From contig JAFYAC010000018.1 of the NCBI GenBank assembly GCA_017540905.1, forward strand, positions 42,344 through 106,343: 64,000 nucleotides of DNA, in the 5' to 3' direction. This DNA is from Kiritimatiellia bacterium (GTDB lineage Bacteria > Verrucomicrobiota > Kiritimatiellia > CAIQIC01 > Lenti-01). The stretch's first letter is position 1. Each line of letters opens with the position of its first letter. A program made the position numbers and the translations under genes. The notes beneath the pieces were generated by a model. That model had not been told where the DNA came from. It searched no databases and was given only the letters and a program-made list of their open reading frames with translations. This document shows positions 18,313 to 27,197 of this stretch, piece after piece.

Positions 18313-19789
18313 GGAGTTCCTCCTTCGCGGCGAGTTCGATGGCGCGGACGACGGCCGCCGCCTTGTTGACGGTTTCTTCGTACTCGGGGCCGGGCTGGGA
18401 GTCGGCCACGATGCCGCCGCCGCTGCGGACGTAGACTTTGCCGCCCGCCTTGCAGGCGAAGCGGATCGCGATGCACAGGTCGAGGTTGCCTGTGAAGTCG
18501 AGGTAGCCGACGGCGCCGCCGTAGAGACCCCGGCGGGATTTTTCGAGGGAGTCGATGATCTGGCACGCGCGCAGTTTGGGGGCGCCCGAGAGGGTCCCTG
18601 CGGGGAGGACCGCGGAGACGGCGTCGAGGGCGTCGCGGTCGGGACGGAGTTCGCCGCGCACGGAGGAGCCGAGGTGCATCACGTGGGAGTAACGGAGGAC
18701 TTCCATGTGGCGCTCGACCTCGACGGTCCCGAAGCGGCAGACCTTGCCCAGGTCGTTGCGGCCCAGGTCCACCAGCATCTCGTGCTCGGCGCATTCCTTG
18801 GGATCGGCGCGGAGGGAGCGCTCGAGGGCCGCGTCCTCGCTGGGCGTCGCGCCGCGGGGGCGGGAGCCGGCGATGGGGTAGGTGCGGAGGACGCCGCGGT
18901 CGAGCTGCACCAGGGTCTCGGGGGAGGCGCCGGCGGCTTCGATGTCGGTGCCCGAGAAGTAGAACATGTAGGGGGAGGGGTTCAGGGTGCGGAGGAGGCG
19001 GTAGGCGCCGAAAAGGCTGCCCTCGAAGTCCGCTTCCAGCCGGTTCGACGGGACCGCCTGGAAGATGTCGCCTTCGCGGATGTGGCGCTTCGCCGCTTCG
19101 ACAACCGCGGCGTACTCGTCGCGCGCGAATTCGCGGCGGAAGGGGGCCGTCGCGCGCCCGGAAAGGCCGTCGGCGGGGCGGCCGGAGCGCAGGAGGTCCA
19201 GCATCGCGCGGAGGTCGGACTGCGCGCGGGCGTAGGCGGCGGGGAGGTCGGGGGCGTCGAGGCGGACGTTCGCGATCAGCGAGACCGTCTGGCGGTAGTG
19301 GTCGAAGGCGATGACCTTGTCGAACAGCATCAGGTCGAGGTCGTTGAAGCCCTCCGGCCCCGGCGGCGCGCGGAAGCGGAGGGTCGGCTCGGCATACTGG
19401 TAGAAGTCGTAGGCGAAGTAGCCCACCAGGCCGCCCGTGAACGGCGGGAAGCCGTCGAGGGATGGGCTGCGGCGGGTCGCCAGGACTTCGCGGATGGCCG
19501 CCACCGGGTCGCGGGTCCCGAATTCGCGGTGGCCGACGCGCATGCGGCCGTCGCGGCAGGTGACGAGGAGGGTGGGGTCGTAGCCGAGGAAGGAGTAGCG
19601 GCCGCACTGCCCCGGCGCCGCCGCGCTCTCCAGCAGGAAGCAGTGCGCGGAGACGGCCTTGAGGCGCCGCATCGCCTCGACCGGCGTCGTGAAGTCGCCC
19701 AGCGCGTCGAGGCGCACCGGGGCGATGTCGTGGCGTCCGTCCGCGGCGAGCTGGCGGAGTTGCTCCAAGGTGGGGGTTGTGGTGGGCAT
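18308..19789 (-). CDS. trpE: Anthranilate synthase component I
   Basis: 493-aa ORF with the chorismate-binding C-terminal domain (GTLSGAPK ... GYLDFTGNLDLCIAIR). Confidence 0.9.
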   Translation of the reverse strand: MPTTTPTLEQLRQLAADGRHDIAPVRLDALGDFTTPVEAMRRLKAVSAHCFLLESAAAPGQCGRYSFLGYDPTLLVTCRDGRMRVGHREFGTRDPVAAIREVLATRRSPSLDGFPPFTGGLVGYFAYDFYQYAEPTLRFRAPPGPEGFNDLDLMLFDKVIAFDHYRQTVSLIANVRLDAPDLPAAYARAQSDLRAMLDLLRSGRPADGLSGRATAPFRREFARDEYAAVVEAAKRHIREGDIFQAVPSNRLEADFEGSLFGAYRLLRTLNPSPYMFYFSGTDIEAAGASPETLVQLDRGVLRTYPIAGSRPRGATPSEDAALERSLRADPKECAEHEMLVDLGRNDLGKVCRFGTVEVERHMEVLRYSHVMHLGSSVRGELRPDRDALDAVSAVLPAGTLSGAPKLRACQIIDSLEKSRRGLYGGAVGYLDFTGNLDLCIAIRFACKAGGKVYVRSGGGIVADSQPGPEYEETVNKAAAVVRAIELAAKEELP

Positions 19790-19893
19790 GGGGGTGGGGT
19801 CCTTTGCGTCGTGTTTCTATACATAGAAACACATCGGCCGCGGGGTGTCCAGAAAATTATTGGGCAGGGGGACGGGAGGAAAGGAGATGTCAA

Positions 19894-19920
19894 GAGATTA
19901 TGGATTCTTGTTGACATTCC
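19894..19920 (+). promoter_or_regulatory. Conserved promoter-like motif GAGATTATGGATTCTTGTTGACATTCC upstream of paralog A
   Basis: Begins about 54 nt upstream of the ATG at 19947. Equivalent motifs sit at the same distance upstream of paralogs B and C. Confidence 0.4.
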
Positions 19921-19946
19921 ATCGGAGAATTGCAATCGTCATCCGC

Positions 19947-20864
19947 ATGAAAACAGAACTCCTCAATGCCTTGAACAACACGGGAAAAGTCTTCGCGGCG
20001 CTCGACGCCCACAACCGGGACAGCATGGGGCCCTACCAGGCGCGGAACTTCCTGCCGGTGCTGATGGCGCTGACGCCGCCGCTGTTCGTGTTGTTCGCCG
20101 CGACGGAAGTCGGCGCCTGGTGTTTCGCGGAACTGGCCCGCCAGGTGCGGATACGGGAAAAGCGGCCGGATTCGCCGTCGCTGCGCGGCGCGCCGAAGCC
20201 GAAGGAAATCGAAGAGGATTGGGGCGCGCAGCCGCGGTCCGTGCTGACTTGCCTGCGGCTGGGGTCGCGGTTGGCGGACCTTGACCCGACGCTGGACCAC
20301 TCGCTGGTGCGCAAGAGGGATGCGCACGGGCGGATGGTCATCCGCGCGCGCAAGGGCGGGGTGAAGGGGTGGCTGGAGGACCGGCGGGTGGCCGTCGGCT
20401 ACTCGACGGTGATGCGTTACAAGAAACTGGCACAGCGGTTGAGGAGGGTGTTGCGGTTGGATGACCGCCTTCCGTTGGAATGGGTGGCGGAAGGGTTGCC
20501 GGAGGGACAGCGGCTTCCTGCGGGGCTGGAGGGGCCCTTCGCGGCGGCGCGGCGGAGGCTGGGGCGGATTCTGAGGGAGAACCCGACGCTGGTGGCGCTG
20601 ACGCGGATGGCGGAGAAGGAGCTGGGGATCGTGCGGCTGGTGGCGGTTCGGAAGGAGGGGAGGAGGGGTGGAAAAGGAAGGAAAAACAATGAGAATTCCA
20701 TAATCTCGCGAGTTCGGACGGTGGCGGCGACGGAGGAGAGGGTGGAGGCGACGAGGGAAGCGATGGGGAGGTTGCTGGGGACCGAAAACCTGTCGGGCGG
20801 GGCGCTGCACCTGCAGAACCGGCTGAAGGTGTGGCTGGGGCGGGTGGCGTCCGAAGGGGGCTGA
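19947..20864 (+). CDS. Hypothetical protein, paralog A of a three-member family in this window
   Basis: About 305 aa. Shares LRLGSRLADLDPTLDH, GGVKGWLEDRRVA, YSTxMRYKKLAQRLR, ENPTLVAL and LGIVRLVAVRK blocks with 54205..55122 and 61338..62267. Start set at MKTELL; the track ORF begins further upstream inside the motif. Confidence 0.6.
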   Translation: MKTELLNALNNTGKVFAALDAHNRDSMGPYQARNFLPVLMALTPPLFVLFAATEVGAWCFAELARQVRIREKRPDSPSLRGAPKPKEIEEDWGAQPRSVLTCLRLGSRLADLDPTLDHSLVRKRDAHGRMVIRARKGGVKGWLEDRRVAVGYSTVMRYKKLAQRLRRVLRLDDRLPLEWVAEGLPEGQRLPAGLEGPFAAARRRLGRILRENPTLVALTRMAEKELGIVRLVAVRKEGRRGGKGRKNNENSIISRVRTVAATEERVEATREAMGRLLGTENLSGGALHLQNRLKVWLGRVASEGG

Positions 20865-20961
20865 AACGGCGGCGCGGGGACAAAGGGGGTTGCGCGGGGC
20901 GGGAAAAAGCGTATGGTGCGCGCCATCATCCAACGAACCACAACGACGAAAGGAGAAGAGG

Positions 20962-22539
20962 ATGAAAAAAGTGCTGATTCCGACGGCGCTCGACGCCATT
21001 GCCAAGGACACCCTGGAAGCGCACGGCGGGTACGCCGTGGTGCAGGTCCCGAAATGCGACCTCGCGGAGCTCGCCGCCGCCAACCCCGACACGCACGCGC
21101 TCATCGTGCGCAGCGAAAAGGTCACGCCCGAAATCATCGATCTGATGCCTTCCCTGAAGGTCATCGTGCGCGCGGGCGCCGGGTACAACACCATCGACAT
21201 CAAATACGCCCGCAAGAAGGGCATCGACGTGATGAACACCCCGGGCGCGAACTCGAACGCGGTCGCGGAGGAGGTCATCGCGCTGATCCTCGCCGACGCG
21301 CGCCACCTGGTGGCCGCCGACGCCTCCTGCCGCGCGGGCAAGTGGGAGAAGTCGTCCTTCATGGGGACGGAGCTGACTGGCAAGACGCTCGGGATCGTGG
21401 GGCTGGGGTACATCGGCCAGCTGGTGGCGAAGCGGGCGTCGGGGTTCGAGGTCAAGGTGCTGGGGTACGACCCCTTCACGTCGGAAGAGAAGGCCCGCGC
21501 GCTGGGGGTGGAGCTGGTGGGGCTGCCGGAGCTGTTCGAGCGGGCGGACTACGTGACGCTGCACGTCCCGGAGAACGACGAGACGCGCGGGATGGTCAAC
21601 AAGGCGCTGCTCTCGCGCATGAAGAAGGGGGCCACGCTGCTGAACTGCGCGCGCGCGGGAATCCTCGTGGAGGAGGACGTGCGGGCGGTGCGGGCGGAGA
21701 AGGGGATCCGCTTCCTGAACGACGTGTACGCGAAGGACGCGGAGGGGCCGAAGAGCGTCGCGGACATCGCCGACCTGATGCTGCCGCACCTCGGCGCGAG
21801 CACGCGCGAGGCGAACCGCAAGGCGGCCGAGCTGTCGGCGCGCGAGCTGATCGACCTCGACGACAACGGCATCACGAGCGCGGTGGTGAACCGCGCGGTG
21901 CCAGCGGGGCTGGACCCGGCGTTCGCGCGGCTGGCGAACCTGCTCTCGCGCATCTGCCGCAAGACGCTGGGCGCGTCGGCGCGGCTGAAGCTGGTGGAGG
22001 CGCGCTACTACGGGTCGCTCAAGCCCTACGCGGACTGGCTCCTGACGCCGGTGGCGGCCGGGCTGAGCGCGGAGTACGACACCGGGCTCGACCACAAGGG
22101 CACGCTGAAGTTCCTCGCCGACATGGGCGTCGACTACGTGGAGCGCGAGGTGGACGAGGCCAAGGCCTACACCAACTCCATCACGCTCGACCTGACCGGC
22201 AACATCGACGCGGAGCACCTGGTCCGCGCGAGCGTGCGCGGCACGGTCGAGGAAGGCAACCTGCTGCTGTCGCGCATCAACGACTTCGACAAGCTCTACA
22301 TGGAGCCCGCCGGCAACTGGGCCGTGTTCGCGTACGACGACCGCCCCGGCGTGCTCGGGCGCATCGCGGCGGCGCTGGCGGCGCACGGGATCAACATCGA
22401 CGACGTCCGCAACCCGCACGACTCGCACGGGCACACGTCGCTGGCGATCCTGCGCGTGAACCGCCCGCTGGGCGACGAGCTGGTCGAGCGCATCCGCGCC
22501 GACATCGGCGCGAGCATCGCGTTTCACATTGAGATGTGA
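20962..22539 (+). CDS. serA: D-3-phosphoglycerate dehydrogenase with C-terminal ASB/ACT regulatory domains
   Basis: RBS AAGGAG; NAD-binding GIVGLGYIGQ; D-2-hydroxyacid dehydrogenase catalytic region; long C-terminal ACT-containing extension. 526 aa. Confidence 0.9.
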   Translation: MKKVLIPTALDAIAKDTLEAHGGYAVVQVPKCDLAELAAANPDTHALIVRSEKVTPEIIDLMPSLKVIVRAGAGYNTIDIKYARKKGIDVMNTPGANSNAVAEEVIALILADARHLVAADASCRAGKWEKSSFMGTELTGKTLGIVGLGYIGQLVAKRASGFEVKVLGYDPFTSEEKARALGVELVGLPELFERADYVTLHVPENDETRGMVNKALLSRMKKGATLLNCARAGILVEEDVRAVRAEKGIRFLNDVYAKDAEGPKSVADIADLMLPHLGASTREANRKAAELSARELIDLDDNGITSAVVNRAVPAGLDPAFARLANLLSRICRKTLGASARLKLVEARYYGSLKPYADWLLTPVAAGLSAEYDTGLDHKGTLKFLADMGVDYVEREVDEAKAYTNSITLDLTGNIDAEHLVRASVRGTVEEGNLLLSRINDFDKLYMEPAGNWAVFAYDDRPGVLGRIAAALAAHGINIDDVRNPHDSHGHTSLAILRVNRPLGDELVERIRADIGASIAFHIEM

Positions 22540-22834
22540 GGCGCGGGGCCGGAACGCACTTGGTTCCGCCCATGCCTGCGGCGCCAAACACGGAGCGCGC
22601 GGAGGAAGGAGGCACGGAGGTTGCCGGACGGGGCTTTGCGCCGCCGGCACCCCCTCTTCCCCGCGTTTCCACCGGGAAGAGATTGTGGGCGTTTCCTGGG
22701 TGCGGATGCACCTCCCAAAAACTCCCCAAAGACAATCCTCCGTGCCGCCGCTCCTCCTTCTCCGTGTTTCGCGCCGCAGGCGGATTTGTTTTTAGTGGAA
22801 ACTCCACCTTGTTGAAAGAAAGGATGGCAGAAGG

Positions 22835-23659
22835 ATGAATACGTTGCAGGCGGTTTTCATGGGGTTGCTGCAGGGGCTTACGGAGTTCCTGCCGGTGTCG
22901 TCGAGCGGGCACCTGGCGGCGGCGGGGGCGTTCTTCGGCATCGACGGGGAGGCGAGCCTCGCCTTCACGGTCGCGGTGCATGTGGCGACGGTGCTGGCGA
23001 CGCTGGTGGTGCTCTGGAAGGAGGTCGCGTGGATCGTCCGCGGCGTGTTCCGCCGGGAGGGGGGGCTGAACGCGGAGCGCCGGTACGCGCTGGCAATCCT
23101 CGTTTCGATGGTTCCGGTGGGAATTGTCGGGGTGTTTTTCAAGGACGCCGTGGAGCAGGTGTTCGGGTCGGGGCTGCTGGTGGTGGGTAGCTGCCTGCTG
23201 GTGACGGCGGCGCTGCTGGCGTTCACGCACTTCGCGAAGGCGCGCAAGAAGGAAACCATATCCTACGGCGACGCGTTTGCAATCGGGGTGGCGCAGGCGG
23301 TGGCCGTGCTGCCGGGCATCAGCCGGTCGGGGTCCACGATCGCCACGGGGCTGCTGCTCGGGAACAAGAAGGACGCACTGGCGCAGTTCAGCTTTCTGAT
23401 GGTGATTCCGCCAATCCTTGGCGAGGCGCTGCTGGATGTCGCGAAGGCGCTCCACGGCGGCGGCGCGGAGGCGGCCGGCGCGGGGGGCATCGGGGTGCTG
23501 CCGTTGGCGGCGGGTTTTGTCACGGCGTTCGTCACGGGCTGCCTGGCATGCCGGTGGATGATCGGCATCGTGCGCAAGGGCAAGCTGGCGTGGTTCAGCG
23601 TGTACTGCGCGCTTCTGGGCGCGGTGCTGATCGGCTGCTCGGTGGCGGGAGTGGGGTAA
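22835..23659 (+). CDS. uppP: Undecaprenyl-diphosphate phosphatase (BacA/UppP)
   Basis: 274-aa polytopic membrane protein with the FLPVSSSGH and [10 protein letters not shown] motifs. Confidence 0.85.
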   Translation: MNTLQAVFMGLLQGLTEFLPVSSSGHLAAAGAFFGIDGEASLAFTVAVHVATVLATLVVLWKEVAWIVRGVFRREGGLNAERRYALAILVSMVPVGIVGVFFKDAVEQVFGSGLLVVGSCLLVTAALLAFTHFAKARKKETISYGDAFAIGVAQAVAVLPGISRSGSTIATGLLLGNKKDALAQFSFLMVIPPILGEALLDVAKALHGGGAEAAGAGGIGVLPLAAGFVTAFVTGCLACRWMIGIVRKGKLAWFSVYCALLGAVLIGCSVAGVG

Positions 23660-23694
23660 GACGGGAAGAACCCCGCCATGAATGGCGGGGTCTG

Positions 23695-24831
23695 CTACGG
23701 GAGGTAAGGGGCGAGGGCGGAGAGGACGGCGGGGAGGGAGATGGCTTCCATGCATTCGTGGGTGGGGCGGAGGCAACGGGCGGCGGGGTTCCAGTATTCG
23801 CAGCCGGGACAGCGGAGATGGAGGCGGATGTGGCGGTGGGTGGGGCCGGAGGGCGCCCATTTGGCGGGTTCGGTGGGGCCCCAGAGGGACAGCGTGGGGC
23901 ATCCGGCGGCGGCGGCGAGGTGCATGGGGCCGGAGTCGTTGCCAATCCACAAGGCTGCGCGGGACATGACGGCGGCGAGGAGGTCGAGTTCCAGGCGGCC
24001 CATCCAGTTTTTCCCGGGGAGGGGCGTGGAGGGGAATAGAGCGGAAGCTTCGGCGGCGGTGCCCAGCCAGGCGACTTGGGCGCGGTTGGCGGAAAGAAGC
24101 GCGTCGGCGAGGGCAAGGTAGCGGTCGGCGGGCCAGTTCTTGCCGGGCCAGCCGCTCCCGGGGGAGAGGAGGACGAGCGGGCGGGCGGGGTCGATGGCTT
24201 CGGCGGCGAGGAAGGCGTCCGCGGCGCGGAGAAGGTCCGGGGGGAGCGGGAAGAAAAGGGCGGCGCGGGCGGGCTCGGGCTCGATGCCGAAGGGGCGCAG
24301 GAGGGCCAGCTTGGAGAGGGATTCGGGGACGTCCTTGGCGTAGGGGGTGAAGTGGGTTTGTACCGACGGATGCACGCGCGGGGGGCGCCGGTCGCCCATG
24401 CCGGACCAGATGGAAGGGCGCAGCATGTTGGCCAGCCAGCGGGCTTCGGGGCTTTCGTTGGCCGTCGAGACGAAGGCCGCGGGGGCGAGGCACCGGAGGC
24501 GCAGGCCCAGACGCCACTGGGCGGCGGCGGACTGGCGGAGGGGGGATTGGCCGCGGTGGTAGGAGAGGTGGTCGGGGGCGAAGGGTACGATTTCGGAGAC
24601 GCAGCTGGCGAAGTGCTTCGCCAGGGCGAGCGACCAGGGGCCGACGAGCCAGGTCGTATGCCAGTCGGGGCGGTCCTCGCGGAGGGCGCGGAGCATGGGG
24701 GCGGTGTGCAGGATGTCGCCGAGGTGGCCCGGGGTGAACACGACGGCGTTCGGCGGCGCGCCCGGGGACGGGGGCGGCGGCGCGGGAAGGCGGCGGGCCA
24801 GGGCGTCGAGGATGTGGTAGCGTCCGATCAT
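23695..24831 (-). CDS. Glycosyltransferase family 9 (heptosyltransferase-like) protein
   Basis: GT9-like C-terminal motifs (LLSPGSGWPGKNWP ... IGNDSGPMHLAAAAGCPTLSLWGPT). ATGA overlap with the upstream DUF218 gene. Confidence 0.7.
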   Translation of the reverse strand: MIGRYHILDALARRLPAPPPPSPGAPPNAVVFTPGHLGDILHTAPMLRALREDRPDWHTTWLVGPWSLALAKHFASCVSEIVPFAPDHLSYHRGQSPLRQSAAAQWRLGLRLRCLAPAAFVSTANESPEARWLANMLRPSIWSGMGDRRPPRVHPSVQTHFTPYAKDVPESLSKLALLRPFGIEPEPARAALFFPLPPDLLRAADAFLAAEAIDPARPLVLLSPGSGWPGKNWPADRYLALADALLSANRAQVAWLGTAAEASALFPSTPLPGKNWMGRLELDLLAAVMSRAALWIGNDSGPMHLAAAAGCPTLSLWGPTEPAKWAPSGPTHRHIRLHLRCPGCEYWNPAARCLRPTHECMEAISLPAVLSALAPYLP

Positions 24832-25634
24832 GGGGCGGGGGAAGCGGCGGGGACTGGCTTTGGGCGGAAACCGCGGAGATGGCGGTAGGCCCAGCCGGCG
24901 TAGAGTTCCTTGAAGAGGCCGCAGTTGGTGCCGAACACGATGACGTCGGGGTACAGCCAGTTGATGGCAAACCCGTCGGCGCATCGGATCGAGGTCTCGT
25001 GGTCGGTCGGCGCGGGGAGGACGCCGAGCCCGGCATGGCGGAAGAGGAGTTCGGCCCGGCGCATGTGCGAGGCGGAGGTCACGAGCAGGATGGGGGTTCC
25101 CGGCGGCAGGAGGGCGGCGACCCGGCGGGATTCTTCCTCGGTGTTGCGGGCACCGTCGATGCAGGTGATGGCGTCGGGGGGTACGCCGAAGTCGAGGAGG
25201 AGGGGGAGGGTCGAGACGGTGGTGTCGCGTCCGGTGGCGACGATGCGGGGGGCCTTGCCGGCGCGGTAGAGGCGGACGCCGTGCCAGACGCGGTCGGCGG
25301 AGTGGGTGAGGTCGGGGTAGGGAAAGGCTCCGTTGGTGGCGCAGGTGGCGCCGCCGCCGAGGATGACGATGGCGTCGGCGGTGGGGGCGGCCTCCACCGG
25401 GATGGCGGGATAGGCGCCCTCCAGGGGGCGGGAGAGGCACCAGGCCGCCAGCGGGGTGCCCCAGAGCCAGAACCAGAGGACGGACGCCAGGAGGAGGCCG
25501 AACGTCCATCCGCGGGCGCGCGGCGTGGGTCTGCGCAGGGCGAGGCCGGCCAGGATGGCGGTGGCCAGCAGGAGGAGAACCCCCAGTGCAAGGGGATTGA
25601 GGAGCGCGGATACGAAATGGTTGAAGGTTGCCAT
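24828..25634 (-). CDS. DUF218 (YdcF/SanA/ElyC-like) membrane-anchored protein
   Basis: N-terminal TM helix, then the DUF218 core (AIVILGGG ... LLVTSASHMRRA). Confidence 0.7.
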   Translation of the reverse strand: MATFNHFVSALLNPLALGVLLLLATAILAGLALRRPTPRARGWTFGLLLASVLWFWLWGTPLAAWCLSRPLEGAYPAIPVEAAPTADAIVILGGGATCATNGAFPYPDLTHSADRVWHGVRLYRAGKAPRIVATGRDTTVSTLPLLLDFGVPPDAITCIDGARNTEEESRRVAALLPPGTPILLVTSASHMRRAELLFRHAGLGVLPAPTDHETSIRCADGFAINWLYPDVIVFGTNCGLFKELYAGWAYRHLRGFRPKPVPAASPAP

Positions 25635-25759
25635 GGCGGGGGGCGCCGCCGGTTGGGGCGGCATGGGGGAGTTTGGCGGGCCAGCAGGCACAACTCAAGC
25701 GAAAACGCGCGGGAGGGGAGGAGGTGTGTGCATGGGGGTGATGATGGGGTGAAATGGTT

Positions 25760-25787
25760 GGAAATGCGTGTAATTTCCATAATCTCA
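25760..25787 (-). promoter_or_regulatory. Copy of the GAGATTATGGAAA...GCATTTCC motif about 130 nt upstream of the DUF218 gene
   Basis: Minus strand reads TGAGATTATGGAAATTACACGCATTTCC. Confidence 0.35.
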
Positions 25788-26050
25788 TAGCACGGGGGAA
25801 GAATCCCCGCGGGGGCAGGGAAAACAGTGAGCAAAGCGGGGATTTCGCGAGGGAGGGAGGTGGATTTCGGAGAATGGCGCGAGTGTACGGGGAGGGGGGA
25901 GGGAGAGCAAAGAAACATTGGGTGTTTCGCTTGTTTCCGCTTTTCAGAAGACTCGCGGGCGGGTCGCCATCGCCCCCAGTCGGTGCCCGACGGGCATGGG
26001 GCAGAGCGCAACATGGTGATTGGCAGGCGCCCCGGCCCTCTCCGAAGGCT

Positions 26051-27190
26051 TCAGCGCTGCAAGTCGGCGCGGAGGGCGTCGATGGCGGCGCGGTGGGAGA
26101 AGTCGAGGGGGGGGAGTTTGCCGGAGAGGCCTTTGTGGATGCGGATGTCCAGGAAGGCGGGGCGGCCGTCGGGGTCGGCGGCGGAGGCGCGGAGGGCGGC
26201 GAGGGCGGAGACGAGCTCGTCCTTCGTGGTGGCGGGTCGGCCGACGGTGCGGTAGCCGCAGGCTTCGGCAATCTTCGTGAAGTCCACCAGGTGCCCGGCG
26301 GAGGGCTGGCCGCCGACCGATTCGTGGGCGCCGTTGTTGAGTACGGCGTGGAGGAGGTTCGGGACGCGCGTCTTGCTGGCCATGGTCATGGCGCCGAGGT
26401 GCATCATGGCGGCGCAGTCGCCGTCGAGCACCACGACGGGGCGGTCCGGCTTGGCCATCGCGATGCCGAGCGCGACCGAGGAGGCGTGGCCCATGGCGCC
26501 GACGTTGAGGTAGTCGCGGGCCTTCGTCTCGCCGCGCCGTTCGCGCAGGAAGAAGAGTTCGCGCGTGGCACGGCCGGTGGTCGCGGAATACACGGTGTCG
26601 GGCGGCATGTGGTCCAGGATCGCCGCGATGGCTTCCTCGCGGCCCATGGGATACGTTCCGTCGCGGTTGTTCGCCTTGTCGCCGGCCATGACGCCCTTGG
26701 GGGCGATCAGGGCGTAGGGTTTGCGCTCGACCTTGCAGAAGGCGGCGGCCGCACGGACGGTTGCGGCGAAGGCCGCATCGTCGTCGGAGAGCACGGCGTG
26801 GGGGATGTGCAGGACGTCCATCAGCGGGATGGTGGCTTCGCCCTGCAGCCCGTGCTGGGGCCAGTCGCCGGTGCCGGGCTGGCCGCGCCAGCCGACGAGG
26901 AGGAGCATGGGGACGGCGTAGACGTGCACGTCCGCGAGGGAAGCGAGCGGGTTGACGGCGTTGCCGATGCCGCTGTTCTGCATGTACACGAGCGGCAGAT
27001 CCCCGGTGGCGAACCAGTGGCCCGCGGCGATGCCGACGGCGTTGCCTTCGTTGGCGGCGATGACGGTGCGGTCGGGGAAGTGCGCGAGGGCGTGGTTGCA
27101 GAAGCCGTTCAGGTAGGAGTCCGGAACGCCCGCATAGAAGCGGACGCCCGCCTTGTCCAGTTCGTCGAATACCCGGGTTTGGTCCAGCAT
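26051..27190 (-). CDS. TPP-dependent decarboxylase of the phosphonopyruvate/sulfopyruvate decarboxylase family
   Basis: 379 aa. N-terminus VFDELDKAGVRFYAGVPDSYLNGFCNHA matches the family's GVPDSLL pattern. Internal TPP-binding region LDGDCAAMMHLGAMTMA ... NNGAHES. No PEP mutase in the window. Confidence 0.7.
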   Translation of the reverse strand: MLDQTRVFDELDKAGVRFYAGVPDSYLNGFCNHALAHFPDRTVIAANEGNAVGIAAGHWFATGDLPLVYMQNSGIGNAVNPLASLADVHVYAVPMLLLVGWRGQPGTGDWPQHGLQGEATIPLMDVLHIPHAVLSDDDAAFAATVRAAAAFCKVERKPYALIAPKGVMAGDKANNRDGTYPMGREEAIAAILDHMPPDTVYSATTGRATRELFFLRERRGETKARDYLNVGAMGHASSVALGIAMAKPDRPVVVLDGDCAAMMHLGAMTMASKTRVPNLLHAVLNNGAHESVGGQPSAGHLVDFTKIAEACGYRTVGRPATTKDELVSALAALRASAADPDGRPAFLDIRIHKGLSGKLPPLDFSHRAAIDALRADLQR

Positions 27191-27197
27191 GGCTTCC

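Noticed and set aside
19894-19920. Interpreting the GAGATTATGG...TTGAC motif as a sigma-54 (-24 GG / -12 GC) promoter
   Set aside because: GG to TTGA spacing is one nt off the canonical TGGCAC-N5-TTGC, and paralog C lacks the GG dinucleotide. The better reading is a sigma70-like -35 (TTGACA/TTGCAT) plus an upstream factor site, so it is left as a generic promoter-like motif.
19894-20864. Paralog genes as complete insertion sequences with the motif as terminal inverted repeats
   Set aside because: The inverted copy lies inside the coding sequence about 150 nt before the stop, not beyond it. The proteins show no DDE or other transposase signatures that I can recognise, and no flanking direct repeats are evident. 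Still flagged as a possibility to test.
26051-27190. Calling the cluster a phosphonate biosynthetic gene cluster because of the phosphonopyruvate-decarboxylase-like gene
   Set aside because: No PEP phosphomutase (required first step) is present anywhere in the window. The Ppd/ComDE family also contains sulfopyruvate and other 2-keto-acid decarboxylases.
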